Below, piece after piece: positions 1 through 8,656 of a stretch of 64,000 nt of DNA. Positions within the stretch are counted from its first letter, which is position 1. Each line of letters starts with the position of its first letter. Under the pieces are notes generated by a model. The model saw only the letters and a program-made list of their open reading frames with translations. It searched no databases and was not told the origin of the DNA. The DNA is from a virus (lineage: Duplodnaviria > Caudoviricetes): positions 3,295 to 67,294 of the IMG/VR virus record IMGVR_UViG_3300012973_000013; one strand, 5' to 3'. Both the position numbers and the translations under genes were made by a program.

Positions 1-586
1 CCCCGCCGGCCTCTGCGATGCGGCCGCGCAGCCTCTTGCGCCGGTCAGCGTTGAGGGTTTCGGCTACCGGCCAGCCGACGCGGTGAGCGCGCTCGTTGTA
101 GCCGTCGAAAGCTTCCTTCGCCTCGTCGCGCGCGGTATCCGAACGTAGTGAGGATACCTCTTCTCTAACTTCTAACTTCTGAACCTGCGCGCGATGCTTG
201 AGCCCGGCTTGATCTAACTCTCTGTTTTCGTTGGCTTCGGCAGCGTTTTCGGCTCGCTTTAGACCACCTTTCGAGCCATTTTCAGCGAGAATTCGAGCCG
301 TTTTCGCCGCGGTTTCGAGTTCCTTCTCCGCTCGGTGGTTCGTCAGATGGCCGTCAATCTCGACCAACTTTCCGGCCGCGACGAGCGCTTCTCGCAGGCT
401 CGACCACTTCCGCAGCGACACGCCGCACACGCCGGCGAGCCACCGAGCGTCATCCGGGATCGGCCCGCCGCGGTCGTAGATCAGATCGAGGCAGAGGCTA
501 TAGGCGCCCTTCTGTTCCAAGGTGAGCCCGAGCGAGCCGTGAACGAAGGCAGCGCCATAGCGCTTGTACCAGGGGCGCCCGCTCAT
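1..586 (-). CDS. DUF1376/YdaU-family phage replication initiator (runs off the window start)
   Basis: Manual translation from ATG 586 (ATGA overlap with the upstream stop): MSGRPWYKRYGAAFVHGSLGLTLEQKGAYSLCLDLIYDRGGPIPDDARWLAGVCG, typical of DUF1376. Absent from the ORF track because it has no stop in the window. Confidence 0.8.
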   Translation of the reverse strand, partial: MSGRPWYKRYGAAFVHGSLGLTLEQKGAYSLCLDLIYDRGGPIPDDARWLAGVCGVSLRKWSSLREALVAAGKLVEIDGHLTNHRAEKELETAAKTARILAENGSKGGLKRAENAAEANENRELDQAGLKHRAQVQKLEVREEVSSLRSDTARDEAKEAFDGYNERAHRVGWPVAETLNADRRKRLRGRIAEAGG

Positions 587-1140
587 GAACGCGCCGCCCA
601 TTGGGCCAGCGTCTTGTCCCGCTTCGACAAGTTGCAGGCAGCACAAGCCACGACGATGTTGCTGGCGGTGTCAGGGCCGCCGCGAGAGACCGGGAACAGA
701 TGATCGAAGTGGAACGGGCCATCTGTGTCGCCGCAATACACGCAGCAGCGCCCATCCCGCATAAGTGCCGCGACTTTTGCTGAACGCGGGATCGGCGACC
801 GCGTTGATGGCCTGCTAATCCGGATAAGGCCCTGATCAACAAGCCTCAGGCGACCGCTGCTGCTCTTAAAAAAGCGCAAGATTGCCGGCTTCGCCACCCG
901 CAGCTCTCGAAGGGCGCATCCAGTCATGCGAGCGAGTGCCGCGTCATCGTCCGGCAGTGACGGATCGATGCAGGCTTCGCTGAACTGCGTGTGTACCGCT
1001 TGCGATGCGGCGGCCCAGACGAGCCGCACCAGAATGCCCAGCTCCGAGATAGACAGGCCATCAATGCTCGGCGACTGCCCGATCGTAAGCGAAACGCTAT
1101 TTAGATTTGGCCACTCTCCGTTCCAATACTTGTCGCTCAA
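583..1140 (-). CDS. HNH endonuclease with DUF1376-like N-terminal region
   Basis: C-terminal CVYCG...FHFDHLFPVSRGG...NIVVACAACNLSK; N-terminal LPDDDAALARMTG resembles the DUF1376 motif. Confidence 0.8.
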   Translation of the reverse strand: MSDKYWNGEWPNLNSVSLTIGQSPSIDGLSISELGILVRLVWAAASQAVHTQFSEACIDPSLPDDDAALARMTGCALRELRVAKPAILRFFKSSSGRLRLVDQGLIRISRPSTRSPIPRSAKVAALMRDGRCCVYCGDTDGPFHFDHLFPVSRGGPDTASNIVVACAACNLSKRDKTLAQWAARS

Positions 1141-2549
1141 AACGGCCTCCTCTCAAGATCACGGACGACGTTGGAGGCAATGTCGCAGTAGGCTGTGATC
1201 GTCGCCGTCGGCCCCATGCGTTGCTTCAGGATCGAAAGCTCAATCTGGTTGGCCACCATCTCCAGACGGTGTTCCTCCTCCTCGGTGCGCACCTTGCGTT
1301 CGAGGTGGTAGCTCTCGCGGTAGACACCGACGACGACGTCGGCATCCTCCTCGATCGCCCCGGACCAACGCAGCGCCGACAGCGAGGGGCGCTTGTCGTC
1401 GCCGGTCTCGCTCGACCGGTTGAACTGGCAGAGCGCCAGCACGGCCACATCGAGCTCCTTCGCCAGCGGCTTCAGAGCATTCGAGACTTCGGTCGTCTCC
1501 TGCACCTTGTTTCCGGCATAGCGGTTCGACGCCTTGATGAGCCCCATGTGGTCGATGACGACGAGGTCGAGGCGCCTTCCGGTCTGCGCCATCTCGCGGG
1601 CGACGCGCCGGGCGCGGGCGACGATCTGCGAGACGGTGAGGCCCGGCTGTGGCTCGATCAGCAGCGGCAGGTGCTGCAACGACTGCTGCGCCTCAATCAG
1701 CCGCTCAAGGTCGTCGTCGGAGATCGACCCGCGCTGCGCCTCCGAGTACCGGATCGGCGCCGAATAGCTCCACGCGGCGTCCGTGAGGGCACGCAAGGCC
1801 AGTTGGTCGGCCGTCATCTCCTGGCTGACGTAGAGCACGCCGTGGCCCGCCCGGGCGGACGCCAGAGCCGCAGAGAGGGCAACGGCGCTTTTTCCCATGC
1901 TGGGCCGTCCGGCGAGCACGACCATATCGCCGCGGATCATGCCGAGCGTGGCGTTGTCCATGTCGCGGAGGCCCCACGTGCTGCCGACCAGGTGCTGCTT
2001 GGACTGCCGCCGCTTCTCGATGTCGGTCAGAGCATCGTGGGCTGCGTCCCTCACCATCACACGCCGGATGGATCGGCTGACGCGCGACGACACGACGGCG
2101 TCCAACTCGGCGATGGCCTCGGCCGCAATGCCGGCCGGGTTCTCGCTCCACGATGCGGACGTGACGCGGGCAATGGCAGCCTGCGAGGCCGAGACGATGC
2201 GCCGGCGATCCGATGCGTCCCTCACTGACCGGGCGGACGAGACCAGATTGACCGTGGTCGTCGCATTCGCCACGAGCCGCATGACGTACTGCATGGGCGA
2301 GAGGTCGCCGAAGCGGACAGTGCCGACAGAAGCCGCCAACAGGCTCGGCGAAACGCCACGGCCCGCCTTGGTCGCCTCGGCGATTTCCGTGAAGATGACG
2401 CCGTGCGACGGTTCGATGAAATCGCTGGCCTGCAGGTCGTCGCACGCCCCGATTTCATCGGGCCGCGACAGCAGAATGCCGAGCACTTCCTGTTCGATCG
2501 CGATGACTGCCGCGTCGTCAGCGGCGGAGCGACGGTGCACGGCGTTCAT
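1137..2549 (-). CDS. dnaB: DnaB-like replicative helicase
   Basis: Walker A LAGRPSMGKS, VIDHMGL, LCQFNR, LRWSGAIEEDAD, KQRMGP. Confidence 0.95.
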   Translation of the reverse strand: MNAVHRRSAADDAAVIAIEQEVLGILLSRPDEIGACDDLQASDFIEPSHGVIFTEIAEATKAGRGVSPSLLAASVGTVRFGDLSPMQYVMRLVANATTTVNLVSSARSVRDASDRRRIVSASQAAIARVTSASWSENPAGIAAEAIAELDAVVSSRVSRSIRRVMVRDAAHDALTDIEKRRQSKQHLVGSTWGLRDMDNATLGMIRGDMVVLAGRPSMGKSAVALSAALASARAGHGVLYVSQEMTADQLALRALTDAAWSYSAPIRYSEAQRGSISDDDLERLIEAQQSLQHLPLLIEPQPGLTVSQIVARARRVAREMAQTGRRLDLVVIDHMGLIKASNRYAGNKVQETTEVSNALKPLAKELDVAVLALCQFNRSSETGDDKRPSLSALRWSGAIEEDADVVVGVYRESYHLERKVRTEEEEHRLEMVANQIELSILKQRMGPTATITAYCDIASNVVRDLERRPF

Positions 2550-2767
2550 GCCGGCACCTCGCGGACCGCGATCTCATCGGCCACCTGATAGGCTGTTTCG
2601 GCCGCCATGCGGTCGCCCTCGATGCGCGAGAGTTCGTTGGCGGAGAACCAGATCAGGGACCGCAGCATTTCGATCTGCGCAGTTTCGCCGTGGCATTTCC
2701 GCATGCCGAGCGAGCCGTCGCGGACAAGCTGCCGGGCCGTGTCGATGACGTCTTCTTTCGAGGGCAT
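2546..2767 (-). CDS. Hypothetical protein
   Basis: ORF coupled to dnaB by an ATGA overlap; start trimmed to MPSKEDV. Confidence 0.55.
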   Translation of the reverse strand: MPSKEDVIDTARQLVRDGSLGMRKCHGETAQIEMLRSLIWFSANELSRIEGDRMAAETAYQVADEIAVREVPA

Positions 2768-2850
2768 TGCACTCCGCCGCGCTGTTGGGCAGAACATCTG
2801 TCTGGGCTGCTTCGCACCGGTTGGGAACCGGCATCGGCCAACTTTCCCCG

Positions 2851-3513
2851 CTAATGATCCGGGGATGCGTCTGATCTCACCGTGTAAGCGATGCGTCGAT
2901 GATGCTGGCAGTACGATGAGCCAACCTTGGCCTCGCCGCCGCAATAGCCAAAGTCGGCTTCGCGAGGATCGCCGATCGGCCATCGGCATGTGCGCAAGGT
3001 CAGATCCTGCACGTCGAATATTCTGGCGATACCGTGGCGGCGGTCGGTGTAGCCCGGTTCCGGCTTCACGCCGTCGATCGGCTTGCGCTTGAAGGTGAAT
3101 GCGATGTGCGGCGGGCGCTTGCCCGATGGCACGCTCACCGAAGCCGTCTTAATCCCCGCGTAGCCACCGACCGGGGCGCGGGCGAGCTTCAGGCCGGCCC
3201 GGGCGATGTAGCCGGCAACCTGCCCCTTGGTCATGCCGATCGCCGAGGCGATGGCGCGCGTGCTCTCACCAGCCTCGACCATCTCCCGGACCAGCGTGCA
3301 GCGATCCTCCGTCCAGACCGTGTTCGTCGGACCTCCCACCCGCCCACGGGGAGCAGCGCGAGGGTCGCCCTCACGACGACCGGCCTTGACGATTGCCATG
3401 ACGCGGCTGGCGTCGAGCGGATCGCCGAGGCGCTGGGAGATCACTGCCGGCTTGTACCCGCCGGCCCAGAGATTGAGCACGGCATCCGAATAGGGCGCCA
3501 GTCGCACAGTCAC
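2851..3513 (-). CDS. gcrA: GcrA-family transcription regulator
   Basis: WTEDRC...G.S.RAIA..IGMTKGQVAG helix-turn-helix and C-terminal LTLRTCRWPIGDP...FGYCG...YCQHHRRIAY. Confidence 0.85.
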   Translation of the reverse strand: MTVRLAPYSDAVLNLWAGGYKPAVISQRLGDPLDASRVMAIVKAGRREGDPRAAPRGRVGGPTNTVWTEDRCTLVREMVEAGESTRAIASAIGMTKGQVAGYIARAGLKLARAPVGGYAGIKTASVSVPSGKRPPHIAFTFKRKPIDGVKPEPGYTDRRHGIARIFDVQDLTLRTCRWPIGDPREADFGYCGGEAKVGSSYCQHHRRIAYTVRSDASPDH

Positions 3514-3959
3514 TCGCCGTACTCCTGCATCGGGCTCTTGGGGGCGGGCTCGGGTGGGAGGTCGAGGTCAAAGCGGCCCTCGTCGCCCGGCACGGCCGGC
3601 TTGCGGTAGCGGACGGCACCGCCCTTGCCGGCCTGCTCGGCCAGCTTCTCGCCGATCCTCTGTGCCTCCCGCATGGACCACGGCAGGCGGATCGACAGCG
3701 GCTCAGAGGCGCCCTGCTCGGCAATCCAGAGGAAAATTGCCTCGTTCGGAACCGGCACCATCGACAGGATCACCGCCTCGTCGGGAGGCGCGTCGAGCGG
3801 CTGCGGCCGGCCCTGCATCGTGGACGCCTGCCACATCCAGCCGAGCGCGACGCAGAACAGGATCGCGATCGTCAGCGGCCATTTGCGGAGGTAGGCGGCC
3901 AGCAGCCCGGCGCCGTAGGCTGCGATGATGATGGCGTGTGCTGCGAGGGTCGCGGTCAT
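3510..3959 (-). CDS. Membrane-anchored hypothetical protein (last gene of the MotA/ExbB-like module)
   Basis: Two N-terminal hydrophobic segments, then EAIFLWI...EPLSIRLPWS; 4-bp overlaps with both neighbours. Confidence 0.7.
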   Translation of the reverse strand: MTATLAAHAIIIAAYGAGLLAAYLRKWPLTIAILFCVALGWMWQASTMQGRPQPLDAPPDEAVILSMVPVPNEAIFLWIAEQGASEPLSIRLPWSMREAQRIGEKLAEQAGKGGAVRYRKPAVPGDEGRFDLDLPPEPAPKSPMQEYGE

Positions 3960-4822
3960 GCCGACACCTCAACGCTTGGGGCGTACCCTGAAATCTCACG
4001 CCCCTCGAAGCAGCACGGATGCGCGCCCCACCGAGGCGTGTTCGGCGGGCCTCCTTCGAGAAAAAGGACGGCTCCAGAGGGGAGCCGCGCAAAATCCGCG
4101 GAGAAGTGGTTGCGCGACAGGTCAAGCAGACCGTCGCACTCCGGCATGTTCAGCGGAAGCTTCTGCTCACGTATCAGCGCCGACGTCATGTTGCGCACGG
4201 CCGTGAGGTCCGCATCTGTGCGAGCATCATGCGGCAATGCCCGCTGCGGATAGTAGTTGGAGATGCCAATGATCTCATTGTCCCGCACAAATACGCGGTA
4301 CTCGACCGGGTAGCGGTCGACGACATCGAATGTCAGCCACGGCCTTGCCCAGGCTGAAATCCGCGGAAGCGGAAACTCCGCGATCAGGTCGAAAGCGCGG
4401 AAGTCGTCAACGCTGAGGTCCATGAGGCTGGGGTGCCATTCCGGCATCCCCTCGCTCAGCCGATACTTCACATACGCCATCGAGCAGCAGGACCACCGGA
4501 GCATCCAGCCGATCGGCATGCGCCGCTCGACGTCACGGACAGCAGCAAAGAGGGCGGGCACGTCCTCGTGTACGGGACCTTCGTTGTCGATGGCATCCCA
4601 CAAGTCGATCGTTGGCGCGGAGGCAATTTCCAGCGCAGGCACCGCCGGAACACCTGCGGCCTGGCACAACCGCATCCAGCAGCCCAAATCTAAAGGGGTG
4701 AAGCCATTCAGTCGGCCGCCAGCTTCGGTTGTGGCGGAGCGACGAGCGCGACCCGCCAAGACGGCGGCTTCGATGGCTTCGTCACTGAACATGCTGAGAA
4801 TGTCGCTGACGCCCGTCATCAC
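3956..4822 (-). CDS. ATP-grasp-like protein (CDC123/R2K-like)
   Basis: EYRVFVRDNEIIGISNYY, FSADF...G.VLFLEGGP and HPCCF resemble the C-terminal core of R2K/CDC123 ATP-grasp proteins. Confidence 0.55.
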   Translation of the reverse strand: MMTGVSDILSMFSDEAIEAAVLAGRARRSATTEAGGRLNGFTPLDLGCWMRLCQAAGVPAVPALEIASAPTIDLWDAIDNEGPVHEDVPALFAAVRDVERRMPIGWMLRWSCCSMAYVKYRLSEGMPEWHPSLMDLSVDDFRAFDLIAEFPLPRISAWARPWLTFDVVDRYPVEYRVFVRDNEIIGISNYYPQRALPHDARTDADLTAVRNMTSALIREQKLPLNMPECDGLLDLSRNHFSADFARLPSGAVLFLEGGPPNTPRWGAHPCCFEGREISGYAPSVEVSA

Positions 4823-5394
4823 TGCCTCTCGATTTTGGTGGTGATGTCGCCCACGGACCCGGAGACGACGCGGCCGCCCTCGTCCATGCGCCAGCGGGCC
4901 AGCGTCTGCTCGTCGCCGACGCTGCGGATGTTGACGGTGCCCCTGCGGATGGTCCGGGAAAAGCCGTTGGTGCGGATGATGATCGTGAAGGTCACCGGCA
5001 CCGGAAACGTCACGTCGCGCGCCGAGTAGCCGTGCGCATTGACGAGGTATTCACCGGCCGGAGTGCCGCGAGCGACCGCGAGTTCGCAGTTGTCGCTGTC
5101 GCCCGCCTTGTTGCCGAGGTCGTCGCGCAGGAGCGTCCACACGTTGCCGTCCCGGCGTTTGTAGCCGACCGGATCGTCGCCCGGCGCCACCGACCAGATG
5201 TCGATGTCTGCATCGACACCCAGCGGCCAGCAGGCGGAGACCTGGATGAGCCCCGGCGGCGGCTCGTCCTGCGCACGCGTCGGGTCATTGACCAGCGGCA
5301 GGATGATCAGGACGAGGAGCATGTAGAAGATGGCGATGTTTCCGAGTACGTCTCGGAAGAGGACCGCCGTGATGCGGTCACTCTGCATCGTCAT
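4819..5394 (-). CDS. ExbD/TolR-like single-pass membrane protein with a beta-rich soluble domain
   Basis: FRDVLGNIAIFYMLLVLIILP helix preceded by Asp, then DADIDIWSVAP...LLRDDLG...GEYLVNAH. Confidence 0.55.
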   Translation of the reverse strand: MTMQSDRITAVLFRDVLGNIAIFYMLLVLIILPLVNDPTRAQDEPPPGLIQVSACWPLGVDADIDIWSVAPGDDPVGYKRRDGNVWTLLRDDLGNKAGDSDNCELAVARGTPAGEYLVNAHGYSARDVTFPVPVTFTIIIRTNGFSRTIRRGTVNIRSVGDEQTLARWRMDEGGRVVSGSVGDITTKIERQ

Positions 5395-5827
5395 CAATCC
5401 CCGTCACGAGCTTGAATGTCAGGCGATGCACGCCGAGGAACAGGGCGACGATGCAGCCGATGATCGACGTCCCGAGGGCGATCTTCATGCCCTCAACGAT
5501 CAAGGCGACCATGCCCTTCAGTTCAGTGGCGCCGGACACCGTGACGATGCCGCCGAGCGCGATCATGATGCCGATCAGGGTGCCCAACAGTCCCAGCTGC
5601 ACCGCGTAGGACGCGATCGTGTTCACCGTCGCGAGGTAGCGGTTGTAGTCGTATTGCGACCGCCACGCTCCGATCATGTAGACCGAGCCGGCGATCCCCA
5701 GCAGCGCAATCGCCTGCGAGATGCCGGTGCGGTCGTAGAGGATGTAATCGTCAATCCAGCCCTGCCAGTACGCAGCGACCAGAGCGAGAGTGGCGATGGA
5801 CTGAATCGCCCAATACGAATAGGCCAT
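5378..5827 (-). CDS. MotA/TolQ/ExbB proton-channel-like membrane protein
   Basis: TM motifs QLGLLGTLIGIMIAL and GMKIALGTSIIG match the MotA/ExbB signature helices. Confidence 0.7.
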   Translation of the reverse strand: MAYSYWAIQSIATLALVAAYWQGWIDDYILYDRTGISQAIALLGIAGSVYMIGAWRSQYDYNRYLATVNTIASYAVQLGLLGTLIGIMIALGGIVTVSGATELKGMVALIVEGMKIALGTSIIGCIVALFLGVHRLTFKLVTGIDDDAE

Positions 5828-5842
5828 ATAGACCCCCTGTGT

Positions 5843-6295
5843 TCAGACGATGTTGCCGACTTGCTTCCAGACGGCGGCGGCGACCGGCGGCGGCAGGACC
5901 GCCACGGCCGGTGAACACGGCCCCTCGACGAGCACCCACAACTGCCCTGTTGCCCCGTCAGGCCCGCGGACCGGCAGCACGACGATGAGCGAGGCGGGGG
6001 CGATGGGTTGCTCCAGGACCACGCCCAGCGCTGCCCGCATTCTCGCCGCCATCGGACCAGCGACGACCATCCCGGCCTCACCGCTCTCCCGCAGTTGGTG
6101 TTCCACGGCCAGCAGAGCCGCGGACACGATCACCTCGCCCTCTGCGCACCGAGCGATTTCCTCTGCCAGAGGAGCCAGCAATACGTCCGGCTCATTCGTC
6201 CCGAACGGGTTCGGCGCCGGCACTGGCACGTCAGCAGCCCACGCGCCGATGGGCGCCAGGCAGAGGCACGCAATCGCAAGAAGGGCACGGCGCAT
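5843..6295 (-). CDS. Secreted hypothetical protein
   Basis: Signal peptide MRRALLAIACLCLAPIGAWA; RBS-like GGAG upstream. Confidence 0.65.
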   Translation of the reverse strand: MRRALLAIACLCLAPIGAWAADVPVPAPNPFGTNEPDVLLAPLAEEIARCAEGEVIVSAALLAVEHQLRESGEAGMVVAGPMAARMRAALGVVLEQPIAPASLIVVLPVRGPDGATGQLWVLVEGPCSPAVAVLPPPVAAAVWKQVGNIV

Positions 6296-6304
6296 GGCAG
6301 GCTC

Positions 6305-6571
6305 CTACGTGGTGGGGGTGGGGGTGGTGGGCTGGCGCCCGGAGAGCGTGGTCGATCGAGCCAAGGCGCGATCAGCCCGCCGGCGATCGTTGAGAGCCGC
6401 CCACAGTCTGCGGCGCCTCGCCTTGTAAGCAGGGTCGACCCTGCAGCGCAGATGGCTCGAGCTGCAGCCGAGTGCGCGGGCAATGCGCATCCACGACCAG
6501 CCGGCGGCGCGGAGCATCTGGACGTGCTCGGTGAAGGCAAGGGAGGGCGCCGGGAGCGCGTGCGCGTTCAT
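6305..6571 (-). CDS. Small HTH protein
   Basis: LRAAGWSWMRIARALGCS helix-turn-helix; coupled to the methyltransferase stop. Confidence 0.55.
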   Translation of the reverse strand: MNAHALPAPSLAFTEHVQMLRAAGWSWMRIARALGCSSSHLRCRVDPAYKARRRRLWAALNDRRRADRALARSTTLSGRQPTTPTPTT

Positions 6572-7809
6572 TCGGCGGCCTCGCGGTCGGCGAAGAGCGG
6601 GCCGGCGTCAGAGGTCTCACCTCGCGCTTTGATTGTCGCGTACCGACGCTCATCAGGGCCGCCGAGCACGAGCGACATGCGGCGCTCGATGTCGGCAAGG
6701 TACTGGGGCTCGCGCTCGATCAGGACGGCGTCGCAGCCCTCCCAGTAAGCCGCCTCTCCCGTCGTCCCGGTGCCGGCGAACGGGTCGAGGACGCGGCCCC
6801 TTGGCGGCGTCACCAGCCGCACCAGCCAGCGCATCAGGTCGACGGGTTTGACAGTCGGGTGCTTCGAGCCGAGGCGGTCATCCGCGTCCGCCTTGGCCGA
6901 GAAGAAGAACCGGGCAGCGGAGCCGGTGTCGCCTCGCGGATCCGCACGACCCGCGCGCTTTGGCATGTCTCCGTAAACATTGGCGAAGGGCGACGAGGGT
7001 TCGTTGCCCGTTACAACGCCCTGCTGACCGTTGCTCTCAGGAAATGCCGCCAGCACCTCATCGCTGCCGTCGTGGAGGACGTTCGCAGGGAAGCGGCCGA
7101 GCGCTTCTGCCTTCGCGATTGCCTCGCGCGCCCGCGCATCCCGGGCTGCCACAGCGCCGGCGTCGTGCTTCCACGGTCGGTCCCAGCCCCCTTCGCCGCA
7201 AAGCGTCCCCTTGGTCGATGGCTGGTTGATCCGGTCACTCGTCGCAATCCGGCAGCCGTCGATGTTGATCGCCCCCGTGCCCCAACGCAGCACGTTAGCG
7301 GCCACCGACCCTTCCGACAGCGGCCGGCGGGCAAGCGCGATCGGCTCCCACGCCGGCTTCAGCGCAGTGCCCCTGCCCTCGCCGATGTCACGGCTTTTCG
7401 GGAACCCCGTGGCGTAGGTCCACGCCAGCTGGTCGCGGATCTCGAACCCGGCGTCTTCGATCGCGCACGTCATCCGGTGATAGGTGCGCGTGCCGGAGAA
7501 GGCGACGAGGTGGCCACCGGGTTTCAGCACGCGCAGCACCTCGGCCCAGAATTCGGCCGCGAACGCTGTCTCGCCGGTGTCCCATTTCTGGCCCATGAAC
7601 CCGGCCGAGGCGCGGGCATACGCGCCGGTCTTGCCGGCCTTCGTGGGGGCCGCGTTGTCAGAGCCAAAGCGCTTGCTGATCGACACCAGCGCATACGGCG
7701 GGTCGGTCACCACGCTGTCGACGGACGAGTCGGGGAGCGACCGGATCACGTCCCGGCAGTCGCCGGCGTGCAGCACCACCCGGCCGTCGAGGAAGGTGCG
7801 CGCCGTCAC
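6568..7809 (-). CDS. Orphan N6-adenine/N4-cytosine DNA methyltransferase (beta class)
   Basis: DPPY near the N-terminus; HPTVKP and VLDPFAGTGTTG near the C-terminus; no adjacent restriction gene. Confidence 0.92.
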   Translation of the reverse strand: MTARTFLDGRVVLHAGDCRDVIRSLPDSSVDSVVTDPPYALVSISKRFGSDNAAPTKAGKTGAYARASAGFMGQKWDTGETAFAAEFWAEVLRVLKPGGHLVAFSGTRTYHRMTCAIEDAGFEIRDQLAWTYATGFPKSRDIGEGRGTALKPAWEPIALARRPLSEGSVAANVLRWGTGAINIDGCRIATSDRINQPSTKGTLCGEGGWDRPWKHDAGAVAARDARAREAIAKAEALGRFPANVLHDGSDEVLAAFPESNGQQGVVTGNEPSSPFANVYGDMPKRAGRADPRGDTGSAARFFFSAKADADDRLGSKHPTVKPVDLMRWLVRLVTPPRGRVLDPFAGTGTTGEAAYWEGCDAVLIEREPQYLADIERRMSLVLGGPDERRYATIKARGETSDAGPLFADREAAE

Positions 7810-8021
7810 TGCCCGCCCTCCCGCTCGGCCTGCGCCTTGACGAAGTGAGCCGCGTCCCGGAGGACGTAGAGGCGGTCGCGCATGCGGTGCAGTTCAGCCT
7901 CAGACGGGCGCTCGCCAGGCTTCTTGCCCCGGAGCACGTCGTAGTGGCCGCGCCGGTTGACGAAGCTCAGCTCCAGCTCGGACGCCATTTCTTGCAGGGT
8001 CGAGGCGGCGCGGCCGGTCAT
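7806..8021 (-). CDS. Hypothetical protein
   Basis: Start trimmed to MTGRAAS; overlaps both neighbours. Confidence 0.55.
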   Translation of the reverse strand: MTGRAASTLQEMASELELSFVNRRGHYDVLRGKKPGERPSEAELHRMRDRLYVLRDAAHFVKAQAEREGGQ

Positions 8022-8656
8022 TCCGCCGCCTCCGAGTGGCGGAAAAACTCGCCACGGAACTTTTCTGCCGCGGCGAGGTATGCTTTCGCCGCGCCCTCCC
8101 CCCGGTAGGCCGGACAGGCGGGATTGCGACGGTCCAGCCACGGCGGCATTTCCAGGTCGTCGTCCGTGATGCTGGTGGACGGGGCCGGCGCCCGCTGCGC
8201 TGCCTCGGGGGCTACGACCGCAGGCGCCTCGCTGGCAGCCGTTTCGCGGCTCTCCTGCTCGGCTGCCGGGGGCGCCGGGGTATGGATGGGGGTGATGGCG
8301 GGCTCGGCGACCATCTTCCCGGCGTCGGGAGAATGGTCCTCCCTCGCGCGTGCGGGTGCACGTGCACGCGTGGGAGGCTCAGAAGGGGCCGCGACAGGCG
8401 ACCCCGGCAGCATCCCGAGCGCGGCGAGGTACAGGTCCGCCAGCGTCTCGAATTCCGAGCGCTTGTCGGCGTCCTGCGCCCGGACCTTGATGACGTGGCG
8501 GAGCACCTTCACGTCGAAGCCGTTAGCCTTCGCCTCGGCGTAGATGTCGCGCAGATCGTCGGCGAGTTCGTCTCGCTCGGCGTTGACGCGCTCCAGCCGC
8601 TCGACGAAGGACTTCAGCTGACCGGCCGCGATGCCGGCGACGGTTTCTTCGGTCAT
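8018..8656 (-). CDS. GapR/DUF2312 (UPF0335) nucleoid-associated protein with Pro/Ala-rich C-terminal extension
   Basis: QLKSFVERLERV..E.D.L..D..DIYAEAKANGFDVKVLRHVIK...LYLAALGM. Confidence 0.85.
   Translation of the reverse strand: MTEETVAGIAAGQLKSFVERLERVNAERDELADDLRDIYAEAKANGFDVKVLRHVIKVRAQDADKRSEFETLADLYLAALGMLPGSPVAAPSEPPTRARAPARAREDHSPDAGKMVAEPAITPIHTPAPPAAEQESRETAASEAPAVVAPEAAQRAPAPSTSITDDDLEMPPWLDRRNPACPAYRGEGAAKAYLAAAEKFRGEFFRHSEAAE

Noticed and set aside
3510-5827. Zorya defence system or flagellar stator
   Set aside because: No OmpA-like PG-binding domain on the B-like subunit, no long ZorA tail, and no ZorC/D/E genes.
6568-7809. CcrM ortholog
   Set aside because: Same beta-class motif order, but it has long phage-type insertions and no recognisable CcrM C-terminal domain; specificity unknown.
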